Assembly: GCA_964414295.1 (NCBI GenBank)
Contig: CAYPVU010000007.1
Coordinates: 43,492 to 107,491, forward strand
DNA length: 64,000 nucleotides
Direction of reading: 5' to 3'
Source: an uncultured Candidatus Saccharibacteria bacterium
GTDB lineage: Bacteria; Patescibacteriota; Dojkabacteria; J137
Notes under the pieces: model-generated
Told to the model about the DNA's origin: nothing
What the model saw: only the letters and a program-made list of their open reading frames with translations
Database searches by the model: none
Shown here: piece after piece, positions 18,827 through 27,916 of the stretch
Layout of the letters: each line of letters starts with the position of its first letter
How positions within the stretch are numbered: the first letter of the stretch is position 1
Program-made: the position numbers and the translations under genes

Positions 18827-20452
18827 TTGTGTTTGGAATTTTGTAGTGTAAAATATTTAGATTTTAAAATAAATATGTCCACTTCTGATTGGCCTTTATA
18901 CTACAAGAATAAAGTTCATGTTGCTAATACAAAAAGCAATGTTGGAATTCTTACCCTCTGGACTCCAATGCAGGCAATTCTACCTAATTTAAATCAGAAA
19001 ATGTTTAGTGTAGGCGGTCAATTATATTCAAAAAGAGGTTTAAATTTTGTAATAAGAAATATTCTAGCTAATCCTATTATAGATACTTTAATTATTTGCG
19101 GAAGCAATAGAAGTGAAAGTGCCGAAAGTGTAATGAACTTTTTAGATAAAGGAATTGATGGTGATTATAATGTAATTGGAGTAGAAAAATCTCCAATTGA
19201 TAAGGAAATACCTTTAGAAGTAATTAACGAAATAAGATCTAGAATTAAATACATTAACCTAGTAAATAATTCTTCGTTTAAAGCAGTGCAGGAAGAATTA
19301 AATAAATTAAATCCTAAAGAAGAAAATGAACCTTGGGCAGAAAGTAGAATCTTTCCTGATCCAGAACCAGTAACTGCAGATAAATTTCCATCAGAAAAAA
19401 CTATTTATACAATTAGAGGAGCTTATATAAAAGAGGTATGGCCACAGGTCTTAAAAAATATAATGAAGTTTGGAAGTAAAAAAGGAATGATTAAAGTAGG
19501 AGAAGTAAAAGAATTAGTTAATGTTGTAACAGTTATAGAAGAAGAAGATCCTAATAATCCTGATATTCCGGATTGGTTTAACTTTAATAAGGATGATTTA
19601 AAACTTTACTACAAAGGTTTTTTTGAAAAAGAAGCTATTGATGAAGATTACGGTTACGGTGCAAGAATGTTTTCTCATCCTTTAGGAGTTCCTAACCCAA
19701 AATATAAATCACCTAACAATACAAAAAAAGCAGAAAAGTTTAATCAAGAAATTGCTGTACAAAATTCCTTTATAACTTTAAATCAAATAGAAGAAGTTTA
19801 TTTAAAGTTAAAGAATTATAAATACGATAGAGGTGCTGTAGTTTCAATCTGGAATCCATGGGTAGATAACATTGCAGAAGGTTGGATGAGTGATAAAGAA
19901 AAAAGCAAATCGGGTAATGTTCCTTGTATGACTCAGCTGCAGTTTGCATATAGAGAACATAAATTAATGCTTACTGCATACTTTAGAAGTAATGATATGT
20001 ACGATGCTTGGCCAAGGAATGCATTTGCATTAAGAAAACTTCAATATGATTTAGCAAAAAAGCTAGATATGAAAGTCGGTCATCTTACAATAATTTCTTC
20101 TTTAGCCCAAATTTATGATGGCAATTGGGAATCCGCTACTAAATTATTAAGTAAATATAAGAATATTACTTTTTGCAGACCTGATCCAAGAGGTACTGTA
20201 ATAATAGAACTTGATGGGGAGGATTTAGTTGTAAAGCATATGGATACAAGTGGAAATAATACTTTGCAAGAGTTTAGGACAAGTGGTAAGCAGCCCAAAG
20301 CAGCACAAATAATGAGCGATATTTTGCTAGAGAATTTAATTTTTGCAGAAATGCCTCATGCAATGGATATTGCAAGAGAACTACAAAAAGCAGAACTTGC
20401 AATTAAACATGGCTTTACTTTTGTTCAAGATAAGGAGCTAGTAATTAAGTAA
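18827..20452 (+). CDS. Thymidylate synthase (ThyA) family protein with ~190-aa N-terminal and ~100-aa C-terminal extensions
   Basis: AVVSIWNPW...NVPCMTQLQFAY (nucleophile Cys, cf. APCHAFFQFYV), YFRSNDMYDAWPRNAFALR (cf. [20 protein letters not shown]; the Asn is retained, so dUMP-type specificity), and GHLTIISSLAQIY (cf. GDFVWTGGDTHLY). Confidence 0.7.
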   Translation: MCLEFCSVKYLDFKINMSTSDWPLYYKNKVHVANTKSNVGILTLWTPMQAILPNLNQKMFSVGGQLYSKRGLNFVIRNILANPIIDTLIICGSNRSESAESVMNFLDKGIDGDYNVIGVEKSPIDKEIPLEVINEIRSRIKYINLVNNSSFKAVQEELNKLNPKEENEPWAESRIFPDPEPVTADKFPSEKTIYTIRGAYIKEVWPQVLKNIMKFGSKKGMIKVGEVKELVNVVTVIEEEDPNNPDIPDWFNFNKDDLKLYYKGFFEKEAIDEDYGYGARMFSHPLGVPNPKYKSPNNTKKAEKFNQEIAVQNSFITLNQIEEVYLKLKNYKYDRGAVVSIWNPWVDNIAEGWMSDKEKSKSGNVPCMTQLQFAYREHKLMLTAYFRSNDMYDAWPRNAFALRKLQYDLAKKLDMKVGHLTIISSLAQIYDGNWESATKLLSKYKNITFCRPDPRGTVIIELDGEDLVVKHMDTSGNNTLQEFRTSGKQPKAAQIMSDILLENLIFAEMPHAMDIARELQKAELAIKHGFTFVQDKELVIK

Positions 20453-20458
20453 TTCCTA

Positions 20459-20821
20459 ATGAAAGAAAATCTAACTTCATTATCAAATATTGATAATATA
20501 GAACTTCGCGAGTTTATTCCTAAACTGCTTATTGCTTTTAATGACTCAAAAGGTAAAAATAATATTCTTGCAGATATATTAATTGAACGGGGATTAGTAG
20601 GATATTTCTTAAGATATTGCAATGATTGTCACTTAATCAATTATTTATGTCAGGCTTTATACTCAAGGCATAGATGTGATGACTTCTTTATTGCTAGAGT
20701 TGGAGATGATTCCTCTATAGATGATCCGGAAATATTAAAGATGGTAAAAGAAGCCCTGAGTCAAACTCAGGGCAGATTAATTGGTAGATATTTTAGTATA
20801 TCTATTGATGACGAATTTTAA
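20459..20821 (+). CDS. Hypothetical protein
   Basis: 120-aa ORF. Confidence 0.35.
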   Translation: MKENLTSLSNIDNIELREFIPKLLIAFNDSKGKNNILADILIERGLVGYFLRYCNDCHLINYLCQALYSRHRCDDFFIARVGDDSSIDDPEILKMVKEALSQTQGRLIGRYFSISIDDEF

Positions 20822-21390
20822 ACTTGTTCTGTAATTACAAGTTCTAACCCCATTTTATCTAACTCTTTTGACATTTTTTCCATTAATCTTGGATTTCTAA
20901 ACTCATCGTTTAACTGTATATTCCCTATTCCTAACTCGCCAGCAGCAAGTAAAGTCTTTGCAATTAAAATACTGTAAAGTCCTTCCATAAAGCTTGCAAA
21001 AATATCAGAATTTCTATTTTTATTTAATTCAGCTCTTATACTCTCCTCTATTTTTAAATCAGAATATTCATCTGGATTTAAAGCTTTTAATGATTCTAGA
21101 TATGGTTTTAAAGTTTCTAAGAGTCTAAACTCTATTGTTTCTGTATCAATATTAGGTAAGTCTGTTGCTAATGTTTCATCAGCTTCTCTAGCGATATTTA
21201 ATAGGTCTTCAAAATTCTCCTGACTATGTTCTGCTTGAGTATTCACTAGTTCTAAATCCTTAGCGGCGTGCATAATTGAATCTAGCATATTCTCACTCTC
21301 AAGAGTCATTTGTCGGCTTTCCCCTTCTGCAGGGTAGTAAACAATTGTAGGTATATTATTTTTTATTTTTAATTCGACGTATGGATTCAT
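20818..21390 (-). CDS. Hypothetical acidic protein
   Basis: 190-aa ORF, convergent with the upstream gene. Confidence 0.4.
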   Translation of the reverse strand: MNPYVELKIKNNIPTIVYYPAEGESRQMTLESENMLDSIMHAAKDLELVNTQAEHSQENFEDLLNIAREADETLATDLPNIDTETIEFRLLETLKPYLESLKALNPDEYSDLKIEESIRAELNKNRNSDIFASFMEGLYSILIAKTLLAAGELGIGNIQLNDEFRNPRLMEKMSKELDKMGLELVITEQV

Positions 21391-21565
21391 AGTAATTGAT
21401 TAATAATTCCAACCTTAATTATACCAGATTTGTCTAGCAGGCCATTAGATTGGATTTTGTAATGACTATCAGAACCTGTTTATAGTATAATCTTGCGAAC
21501 AACCGTGTTAGATAAGAATTGTTCGCAATACAGGATTTTATCTGTAAGAGATTCCTTTTATAATT

Positions 21566-23296
21566 TTATGCTAAAGCATAAATTGATATAATCTTGTACA
21601 AGTTAATGGAGAGGTACCCAAGTGGCTCAAGGGGAGGGTTTGCTAAACCCTTAGGTCGGAGTAATCCGGCGCGCAGGTTCGAATCCTGTTCTCTCCGAAT
21701 TTCAGTACGAACAGCTTCTACAAGCTCGGATTGCATTGTTTTCTCAATGGTTATCAGCGGTTCGAAAATATTTTCTGCTACATTTGCATTTTCAAGCACT
21801 TTCGAACTTTCGTTCGTAATATCTACCACTTTCTTTAGAACCTTAAAAGGTTCCGTATATTTGTACTGCATTTTGCCGTTGTAGAGGGTTATATCTCCAA
21901 AGATGTATTTCATTAAGCCGCTTATATCCTCTGGGTCGAGAATATCGTAAATCTCGTCAGCATATTGGGCAACGAAATAAACTAACGTTCCAACCTGATA
22001 ATACTTATTGCTGTCTTTGTTTAATTTCTGAATCTGTTCTTCAATCTTTTCTTTTTCATCCTCTAATTGCTTATTCTTGACTTTGTAAATATCAAGGCTT
22101 ATAAGTTCATCCAGTTTGTCATCATAGAGTCGTGATTGCTTTTCGATTATTTGCTGTAACTCATCACTTAGGGAATCAACGGATATTTTTAAATACTGTT
22201 CTTGCTCTTTATTATCTTCCTTCAATGCTTTTTTAATCCATTCCTTTACTCTTGGCGATTGTACTTTCAAAGCTTTGAGAGCATTTGTTATAACTTCGTC
22301 ACAATCATCTTCACGACCACATTTATTTTGACTACATTCACGATGATGATTACATCTACCATAAATATGACCTTTCTTTTCAAACCAAGAGATTGAACCT
22401 TGGCATTCTTCACATCTGACTAAACCTTTAAGCATATAGAAGTGTTTACTATATTTTGCATCGGGTTTTCTGGATAATGCTTGTTGAACTCTAGTAAATA
22501 ATTCTTTACTAATAATTGGTTCATGTTTACCGTTCGTATAAACTTTCCCGTTCCATTGGAAAGCACCATAGTAAAAAGGATTGCGTAGAATTTCGTGCAT
22601 ACGGCTCTTCACTATCTTTCGACCTTGTTTATTTCGCATACCATCTGCATTCATCCTTTCGGTTAGTGTTTCAAGTGAGTAATTACCAGTTACAAATAAC
22701 TCAAAAGACTTTTTAATAAATTTTGCAGCATCTCCATCAACAACATGAATTTTACGTTTAGTACCCATTCCTTCTACAGATTTGTATCCAAGTGGAGCCG
22801 AGCCAGGATACCAACCTTGTTCAATCTTTTCGGTTTTACCTTTTCTAACTTCTTCTGATAGATTGTCAGCATAGTTTTTAGCCATTGCGACACGTATATC
22901 CCAATTTAATTTATCCTGAGACTTCGAATGTTTATGAAGTTCAAGAGAATCTTTTACGCAATGTAATTCTCGTCCTTCATCTGCTTCTAACCAGTTATAA
23001 ATATCGACACTAGAGTGTATTGAACGAGTTACTCTATCTACCTTTTCGAATACTAAAACGTCAATAGCTTCTTCTACTGCCAATTTAAGTATCTTATTAA
23101 ACTCTTTTCGTTCGTCTTTCTTGCTAGCTGATTCTGAGATAGTAAACACATGTTTTATATCCAGATTCTTTCTTTGAGCGTGTTCTGTAAGTAGTTTTAC
23201 TTGTGAAGGCAATGAGTATCCTTCAACCTCTTGGTCTTTTGAACTAACTCTAGCTACTACTATGCAACTTTTATTTGTGTTACTTTTTGTATTCAT
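21566..23296 (-). CDS. Large serine recombinase (resolvase/invertase-type catalytic domain + recombinase + zinc-ribbon domains)
   Basis: N-terminus CIVVARVSSKDQEVEGYSLPSQ (catalytic Ser motif). Central recombinase region, cysteine-rich CxxC..C..C segment, coiled-coil C-terminus. Its last ~45 codons are read antisense through the tRNA-Ser gene. Confidence 0.85.
   Translation of the reverse strand: MNTKSNTNKSCIVVARVSSKDQEVEGYSLPSQVKLLTEHAQRKNLDIKHVFTISESASKKDERKEFNKILKLAVEEAIDVLVFEKVDRVTRSIHSSVDIYNWLEADEGRELHCVKDSLELHKHSKSQDKLNWDIRVAMAKNYADNLSEEVRKGKTEKIEQGWYPGSAPLGYKSVEGMGTKRKIHVVDGDAAKFIKKSFELFVTGNYSLETLTERMNADGMRNKQGRKIVKSRMHEILRNPFYYGAFQWNGKVYTNGKHEPIISKELFTRVQQALSRKPDAKYSKHFYMLKGLVRCEECQGSISWFEKKGHIYGRCNHHRECSQNKCGREDDCDEVITNALKALKVQSPRVKEWIKKALKEDNKEQEQYLKISVDSLSDELQQIIEKQSRLYDDKLDELISLDIYKVKNKQLEDEKEKIEEQIQKLNKDSNKYYQVGTLVYFVAQYADEIYDILDPEDISGLMKYIFGDITLYNGKMQYKYTEPFKVLKKVVDITNESSKVLENANVAENIFEPLITIEKTMQSELVEAVRTEIRREQDSNLRAGLLRPKGLANPPLEPLGYLSINLYKIISIYALA
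21608..21697 (+). tRNA. tRNA-Ser (anticodon GCU), type II with long variable arm
   Basis: Cloverleaf read by eye: acceptor GGAGAGG/TCTCTCC, 3-bp D-stem, anticodon stem AGGGT/ACCCT with loop TTGCTAA (GCU), long variable arm, T-arm GCAGG-TTCGAAT-CCTGT, discriminator G. 90 nt, no encoded CCA. Confidence 0.85.
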
Positions 23297-23317
23297 TTTT
23301 ATGAATTAACAATTAAA

Positions 23318-23647
23318 TTATAATATTTTTTGTTCTAACATTCCTTTGAATTTTTGGCTTTTATAGACAAGGTTATTGCAAGTTCGACATGCCACAACGC
23401 CAGTCAAAGGATGTTTATATAGTTTTCCAATTCGTTTATTGCAGCGAGGGCAAGTAAACCAGAATCGTAATCCATATCTAGTCTTTGAGGTTGTTAGCTT
23501 TACTTCTAATCCTTCGACATTGATTTGCGACTTTATAAATGATTCCTTTGCCTGTAAATAGAATTGCTTAACTAAATCATTGATGTTGATTTGCTCAGCC
23601 GTTTCTACTAAAAAACTTCCTGAATCAATTGGCTTTATTGTTTTCAT
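23318..23647 (-). CDS. Small zinc-ribbon protein
   Basis: CPRCNKR...CRTCNN pair of CxxC motifs. 109 aa. Confidence 0.4.
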   Translation of the reverse strand: MKTIKPIDSGSFLVETAEQININDLVKQFYLQAKESFIKSQINVEGLEVKLTTSKTRYGLRFWFTCPRCNKRIGKLYKHPLTGVVACRTCNNLVYKSQKFKGMLEQKIL

Positions 23648-24239
23648 CTTGTGGTGTTGTTATTGAATTAAACTGCTGATTTTGCCCAACTATTGCTGTC
23701 TCAGCTTTTAGAGTGACCTTTAGTGACGGTGATTTAAGTTGCTGTAACGTTGTTAAAGCTGTTAGATATTGTCTGTTAGCTTTATCTATCTCTTTACTCA
23801 AGAAATTGTAGTAGTTGGTGTGGTCTGAACTTATTTTGACCGAATCGCCTGACATACAGTGCATTAACCTTCGTGAAAGTCCTAGAGACCTACAAAAAGC
23901 ATTTACAATAATTTCTACCAGTGACTTTTCTTGAATAGTTTTGCAGTTATGTTCTTTAATTAAGTCTTGCGTCATTTTGATAGCCATAGGAGCCATGTGG
24001 TCACCAACTGATTCTGCAAGGTTAAAATGCTTATCGAACTCGTAAACATGCCCAAAGATGTTTAGTACATCTTGTTCAACTCTGCTTAGCTTATCGGCAT
24101 CTTGCTCTTTGTTTTTTGCATAATCTAGTATTCGTAAGACTTTTCTAGTTATATATTCTGGTTCAAGATTATGATTACCTATACTTTCCAGTGCTGTTTT
24201 GATTCTATCGTCTAATGAAGTACTAATTTGTTTATCCAT
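23625..24239 (-). CDS. Hypothetical protein
   Basis: 204-aa ORF inside the island's minus-strand block. Confidence 0.35.
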   Translation of the reverse strand: MDKQISTSLDDRIKTALESIGNHNLEPEYITRKVLRILDYAKNKEQDADKLSRVEQDVLNIFGHVYEFDKHFNLAESVGDHMAPMAIKMTQDLIKEHNCKTIQEKSLVEIIVNAFCRSLGLSRRLMHCMSGDSVKISSDHTNYYNFLSKEIDKANRQYLTALTTLQQLKSPSLKVTLKAETAIVGQNQQFNSITTPQDENNKAN

Positions 24240-24248
24240 AAATGATTA

Positions 24249-25526
24249 TTAAGAAATAAATTTATCTAATTGCGAATCTAAATTTTTTACCCTCCCAGAC
24301 TGTTCACTATTGTTTCGTTCTAATCTTGTAGGGGTATAGCGTAAAATTCGCTTATCATTTCTATCTTGCTCAAGTTCCAAAAGCCCTGCTGTTTCTAGCA
24401 TTGGCAATATTTGCAGCCTTAGTTTGTTTTCCTCGAGTAGTTGACTTGTTTCCTCGTAATATCTCCTTCTAATGTCTTCTCGCTTAATACCGAATCGTGA
24501 AGTCTCTTTATGGCTTACATTCATTCGTATATATTCAGGAACTACAATATTCCAGTACAGGTTATAAATGTAGGGTGGAAGGTTGTATTCTTGTGGTTCG
24601 GAAAGTGAATCCCAGAGTCTATAGGCTTCACGCACATCTTCTTCTGTAGCCTCGATAGTGTTGCCGTATCTGTTTCTAAAAGGGAAATTAAGCAGACTGA
24701 TTACTTTGATTAGCGAAACAACTCTGCCAATGTCCCTCGTATGCCTTGGCTTAGGTGTTTTGCGTGTCTGCCAGAACAGTTCTACTATCAATTTCTTATG
24801 CTCGACTATATTTACATCGCTAACTCCCGATTCTTTTATGGCAATAATTCGCTCCATTAACTCACGACGCTTTGGATTTGAATTAAGTTGCTCAATGTAA
24901 TTATTAAAATCTGATTCTTTCTCGACTTTGGTGTATACAGACTCTCTAATCTTCTCACTATCAATTTCAGGCGATAAAAGCAGAAACCTTGTACCTTCCT
25001 GTTCGTCAATCTTCATGCCAGCACTACAGAAGATAACTGCTGGGTAGCCAATTAACTCAATTTCTTTCGTCTTCAACCCTGCTTTTTGTTTCTTGTCGGC
25101 AATTTGCACTCGTAGAACCTTCTCATCGTGGGAAAGTAGCGGTCTAAGTCTTTGCAGTAGTTCAGTGTGTGGCTGGTCTTGAAATATGATTATCTTATTG
25201 GATAAGTCGATAACAATGACATGCCTTGATTCGTCCCATTTACCAGTCCCATGAAAGAATGCCATGGGTGAACTGTAGGCAAGCGTCAGCACATCTTCTT
25301 TTGGAAAAAGTGTCGAAACTTCCATCGGAATAAACGACTTACCTGTAGACGAAGGTGCATTGAAGCTGATATTAAACTGAGAGTTTTCAGTGTAAATAGA
25401 GAGCATGCATAAGAACGCTACTAGCTTGTTCATGTTGTCCTTTTTGATTGTTAATTCGAGAATCTCGACTATCTCATTAAGGGTTATTGGTTCTAAAGAA
25501 GGTTTTTCGGTTGTTTGCATTTTCAT
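24249..25526 (-). CDS. P-loop NTPase, putative replication (primase/helicase-associated) protein of mobile element
   Basis: Walker A NAPSSTGKSF. Size and context (between the integrase and regulator genes) are typical of satellite/prophage replication modules. Confidence 0.4.
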   Translation of the reverse strand: MKMQTTEKPSLEPITLNEIVEILELTIKKDNMNKLVAFLCMLSIYTENSQFNISFNAPSSTGKSFIPMEVSTLFPKEDVLTLAYSSPMAFFHGTGKWDESRHVIVIDLSNKIIIFQDQPHTELLQRLRPLLSHDEKVLRVQIADKKQKAGLKTKEIELIGYPAVIFCSAGMKIDEQEGTRFLLLSPEIDSEKIRESVYTKVEKESDFNNYIEQLNSNPKRRELMERIIAIKESGVSDVNIVEHKKLIVELFWQTRKTPKPRHTRDIGRVVSLIKVISLLNFPFRNRYGNTIEATEEDVREAYRLWDSLSEPQEYNLPPYIYNLYWNIVVPEYIRMNVSHKETSRFGIKREDIRRRYYEETSQLLEENKLRLQILPMLETAGLLELEQDRNDKRILRYTPTRLERNNSEQSGRVKNLDSQLDKFIS

Positions 25527-25546
25527 ACGTAATAAAAACTAAGTTG

Positions 25547-25954
25547 TTATTTGATTCCTAGTGCTTCTTTTGAAGCAAATAATGGGAAGTCGCTTCTAAG
25601 GTAAAGTTTCGTACAATATTTCGAATCTCCTAAAATTGGGCATATGAATTGGAATTTGCCTTTCTCATCTTGTGTAATGGAAACCTCTTGCGAAACATGA
25701 ATGTTCTCGTCCCTTTCGGCAGACTCTAAGAAGTACCCAAAATGAAACTCTAAACTACCAAACCAGCCATTACTTCTCATTATGTGCAGGTCAAATATTT
25801 CATCGTTGCTAAGTTTGAGTTTAGGATGAAAGCAAAACTTCTCAGTTATTTCAAAGTCTTCATTGACAGCTAAACCCGCTTTAACTAAATCTTCTACGTC
25901 AACACTTAAAACAACCTCTGATTCCTTAATTGGTTGTAAACTTGGAACTTTCAT
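25547..25954 (-). CDS. Hypothetical protein
   Basis: 135-aa ORF. Confidence 0.3.
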   Translation of the reverse strand: MKVPSLQPIKESEVVLSVDVEDLVKAGLAVNEDFEITEKFCFHPKLKLSNDEIFDLHIMRSNGWFGSLEFHFGYFLESAERDENIHVSQEVSITQDEKGKFQFICPILGDSKYCTKLYLRSDFPLFASKEALGIK

Positions 25955-25983
25955 AAATAAATTTGTTAATAAATAAAATACTG

Positions 25984-26193
25984 TTAATCGTTTGTTTCGG
26001 ATTGCTCTTGCTTAGTATTTCGTTCAACAATCGCACTAAGTTTCCCTCGCTTTTTAGAAACCGCTTGTGTGAGTAGCGAGTACATGCCTTTGAGGCTTTC
26101 TCCAAACAGTTTTAGGTCACTGTCAGTTAGTTGAATCTGAAAGTCTTCCCAAAGAATTTGTTTTAGCTCGGCTAATAACTCATCACTTATCAT
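25984..26193 (-). CDS. Small hypothetical protein
   Basis: 69 aa. Overlaps the next small ORF in phage-like fashion. Confidence 0.25.
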   Translation of the reverse strand: MISDELLAELKQILWEDFQIQLTDSDLKLFGESLKGMYSLLTQAVSKKRGKLSAIVERNTKQEQSETND

Positions 26194-26425
26194 AGATTCG
26201 TCCTTTTATAATTCTTAATTGCTGATAAAATCGCTTAGGCTCAACTCTTAATTCGTCTTGCCAGAATTGTTGAACTAGTTGTTGTAATTCAGAGGAGTTA
26301 TCAAATGCAAATTCAACTCTACTATCATTAGACCTGTCTACGAATTTGATGGGGAAATACAAGCTGATAGTAATAGCCAAGGCTAAATCAGAAGTAGTGA
26401 ATAGGTTGGTTGGGTTCATTGTCAT
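26183..26425 (-). CDS. Small hypothetical protein
   Basis: 80 aa. Confidence 0.25.
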   Translation of the reverse strand: MTMNPTNLFTTSDLALAITISLYFPIKFVDRSNDSRVEFAFDNSSELQQLVQQFWQDELRVEPKRFYQQLRIIKGRIYDK

Positions 26426-26516
26426 AAAGTTAAAAACTTATATGACTTGATTTTACGAAGCAAGTCTTTCGCAAACCATTAGCGAAACGATGGGAAAGAT
26501 TGGGGGATTGATGGGA

Positions 26517-27119
26517 TTATGAAGTCTGAAACGATGTCACTTTGAAACCTTGACTACGAATAGAGACAATCATATTTCTTATTTGTTCTGCTATTTTCTT
26601 TGGAACACCACACCCAACTAAATCATTTACAAGTTCTGCTTTATATTGTTGTGTTGCTAAAGCGTCATCCAGTGGGGATAAATCTTTGTCTATTGACTCG
26701 ATAATATCTGAGTATTTAACCAGATTCTCTTTCTTCTTTAATAGAATTATTAGCATAGCAATCGAGCGATTCTTTATCTTGACGTTAGGGTAAACCACAC
26801 CTTCCCAGAACAAATTGCATTTATCTATATCGATTGTTAGCTTGCCACACTCAAGAATATTCGGAGGACTTTGTAATTCTCCCTCTACAACAAGTTTGGC
26901 TTTATCATCTTGTAATTTCCCGATAATGAATCTGTGGAATAATCCAAACTGTCTGTCTATCTCTTTTCTTGCTGGTATTTGCTCTCGTTTATCTAATACA
27001 TCTCCACTCAGAATGGTATTTACTTCGTTGCTGAGTTTGGAATTATCTTCGATAACTAGATTATCGGCTCCAATTTTCTGTAATCTTTCCTGATTATCTA
27101 TATCGTTATCAACAACCAT
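26517..27119 (-). CDS. Hypothetical protein (first gene of minus-strand block, divergent from XRE gene)
   Basis: 200-aa ORF facing a ~210-bp AT-rich divergent intergenic region. Confidence 0.35.
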   Translation of the reverse strand: MVVDNDIDNQERLQKIGADNLVIEDNSKLSNEVNTILSGDVLDKREQIPARKEIDRQFGLFHRFIIGKLQDDKAKLVVEGELQSPPNILECGKLTIDIDKCNLFWEGVVYPNVKIKNRSIAMLIILLKKKENLVKYSDIIESIDKDLSPLDDALATQQYKAELVNDLVGCGVPKKIAEQIRNMIVSIRSQGFKVTSFQTS

Positions 27120-27330
27120 AGTGATAAGGAAATGTTATAGAAAACTTCGAACCGCTTTTAATTAGAATATTAAACGAAACTTATTCTGATTACGAGCAGG
27201 CCGGATTACCTAAGAATGGTTACACTATTCAGATGGAGCATGACATTAAAAGACTTTATCAAATTAAAATAAAAGACTTTATAAACAGTAACAAATAAGT
27301 TACAATAATCATAACTTTAAACATTGAATT

Positions 27331-27561
27331 ATGAACGAAGAGCAAAAAATCGAAGCATTCTTAACTCACTTAGAAGATTTACTCGCAGAAAAAGGATGGA
27401 GTATCCCTACATTCGCTAAAAAAATGAAAGTTTCGAAAGTTACTGTTTATCGTTGGTTAGATGGTAAAGCAGTAATGAGTTTAGCACACTACTATAGAGC
27501 CTTAGAGGTTCTAGGATTGGAAGAAAGCTTAACTGTTAAAGAAAATAACGATGGAATTTAA
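27331..27561 (+). CDS. XRE/Cro-type helix-turn-helix transcriptional regulator
   Basis: IPTFAKKMKVSKVTVYRWLDGKAV helix-turn-helix. 76 aa. Divergently transcribed from the minus-strand block. Confidence 0.6.
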   Translation: MNEEQKIEAFLTHLEDLLAEKGWSIPTFAKKMKVSKVTVYRWLDGKAVMSLAHYYRALEVLGLEESLTVKENNDGI

Positions 27562-27916
27562 ACCTTCTAAAACCGTATTTATTGTTCAAATGATATTCGG
27601 TGTTTTAATGCTATGCCCTACTTTTGGATTATGGATTTTTGTGATGATTCCACAAATACTAAGCTATTTAAACCAATCATTACACGTTAATGAGAGTGGT
27701 TTAATTATGAGAACTGGAATATTGAATGTTACTACTCAGGATATTAAATACTCAAAGATAAATTCAATAACAGTAAGAAAAAGCCTTTTAGGTAGGTTCT
27801 TAAATTACGGAACTTTGGTAATATTTACAGGAAACGATCTAGGCGGAATTGCTTTTAAGAATCTTGATGAACCTTACAAGGTGAAATCTATACTAGACAA
27901 CAAAATCGCAGGGTAG
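27551..27916 (+). CDS. Membrane protein with bacterial PH (YdbT/DUF304-like) domain
   Basis: Two N-terminal TM helices, then ...ITVRKSLLGRFLNYGTLVIFTGND..., typical of bPH_2. Confidence 0.5.
   Translation: MEFKPSKTVFIVQMIFGVLMLCPTFGLWIFVMIPQILSYLNQSLHVNESGLIMRTGILNVTTQDIKYSKINSITVRKSLLGRFLNYGTLVIFTGNDLGGIAFKNLDEPYKVKSILDNKIAG

Noticed and set aside
21594-21884. ORF 21594..21884 (+) starting over tRNA-Ser
   Set aside because: It is a translation through the tRNA and the antisense of the recombinase C-terminus. There is no coding signal.
22202-24900. Short plus-strand ORFs 22202..22396, 22516..22716, 23376..23561, 24658..24900
   Set aside because: They are antisense shadows inside the recombinase, zinc-ribbon and P-loop protein genes.
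26815-27093. ORF 26815..27093 (+)
   Set aside because: It is antisense within the 200-aa minus-strand gene 26517..27119.
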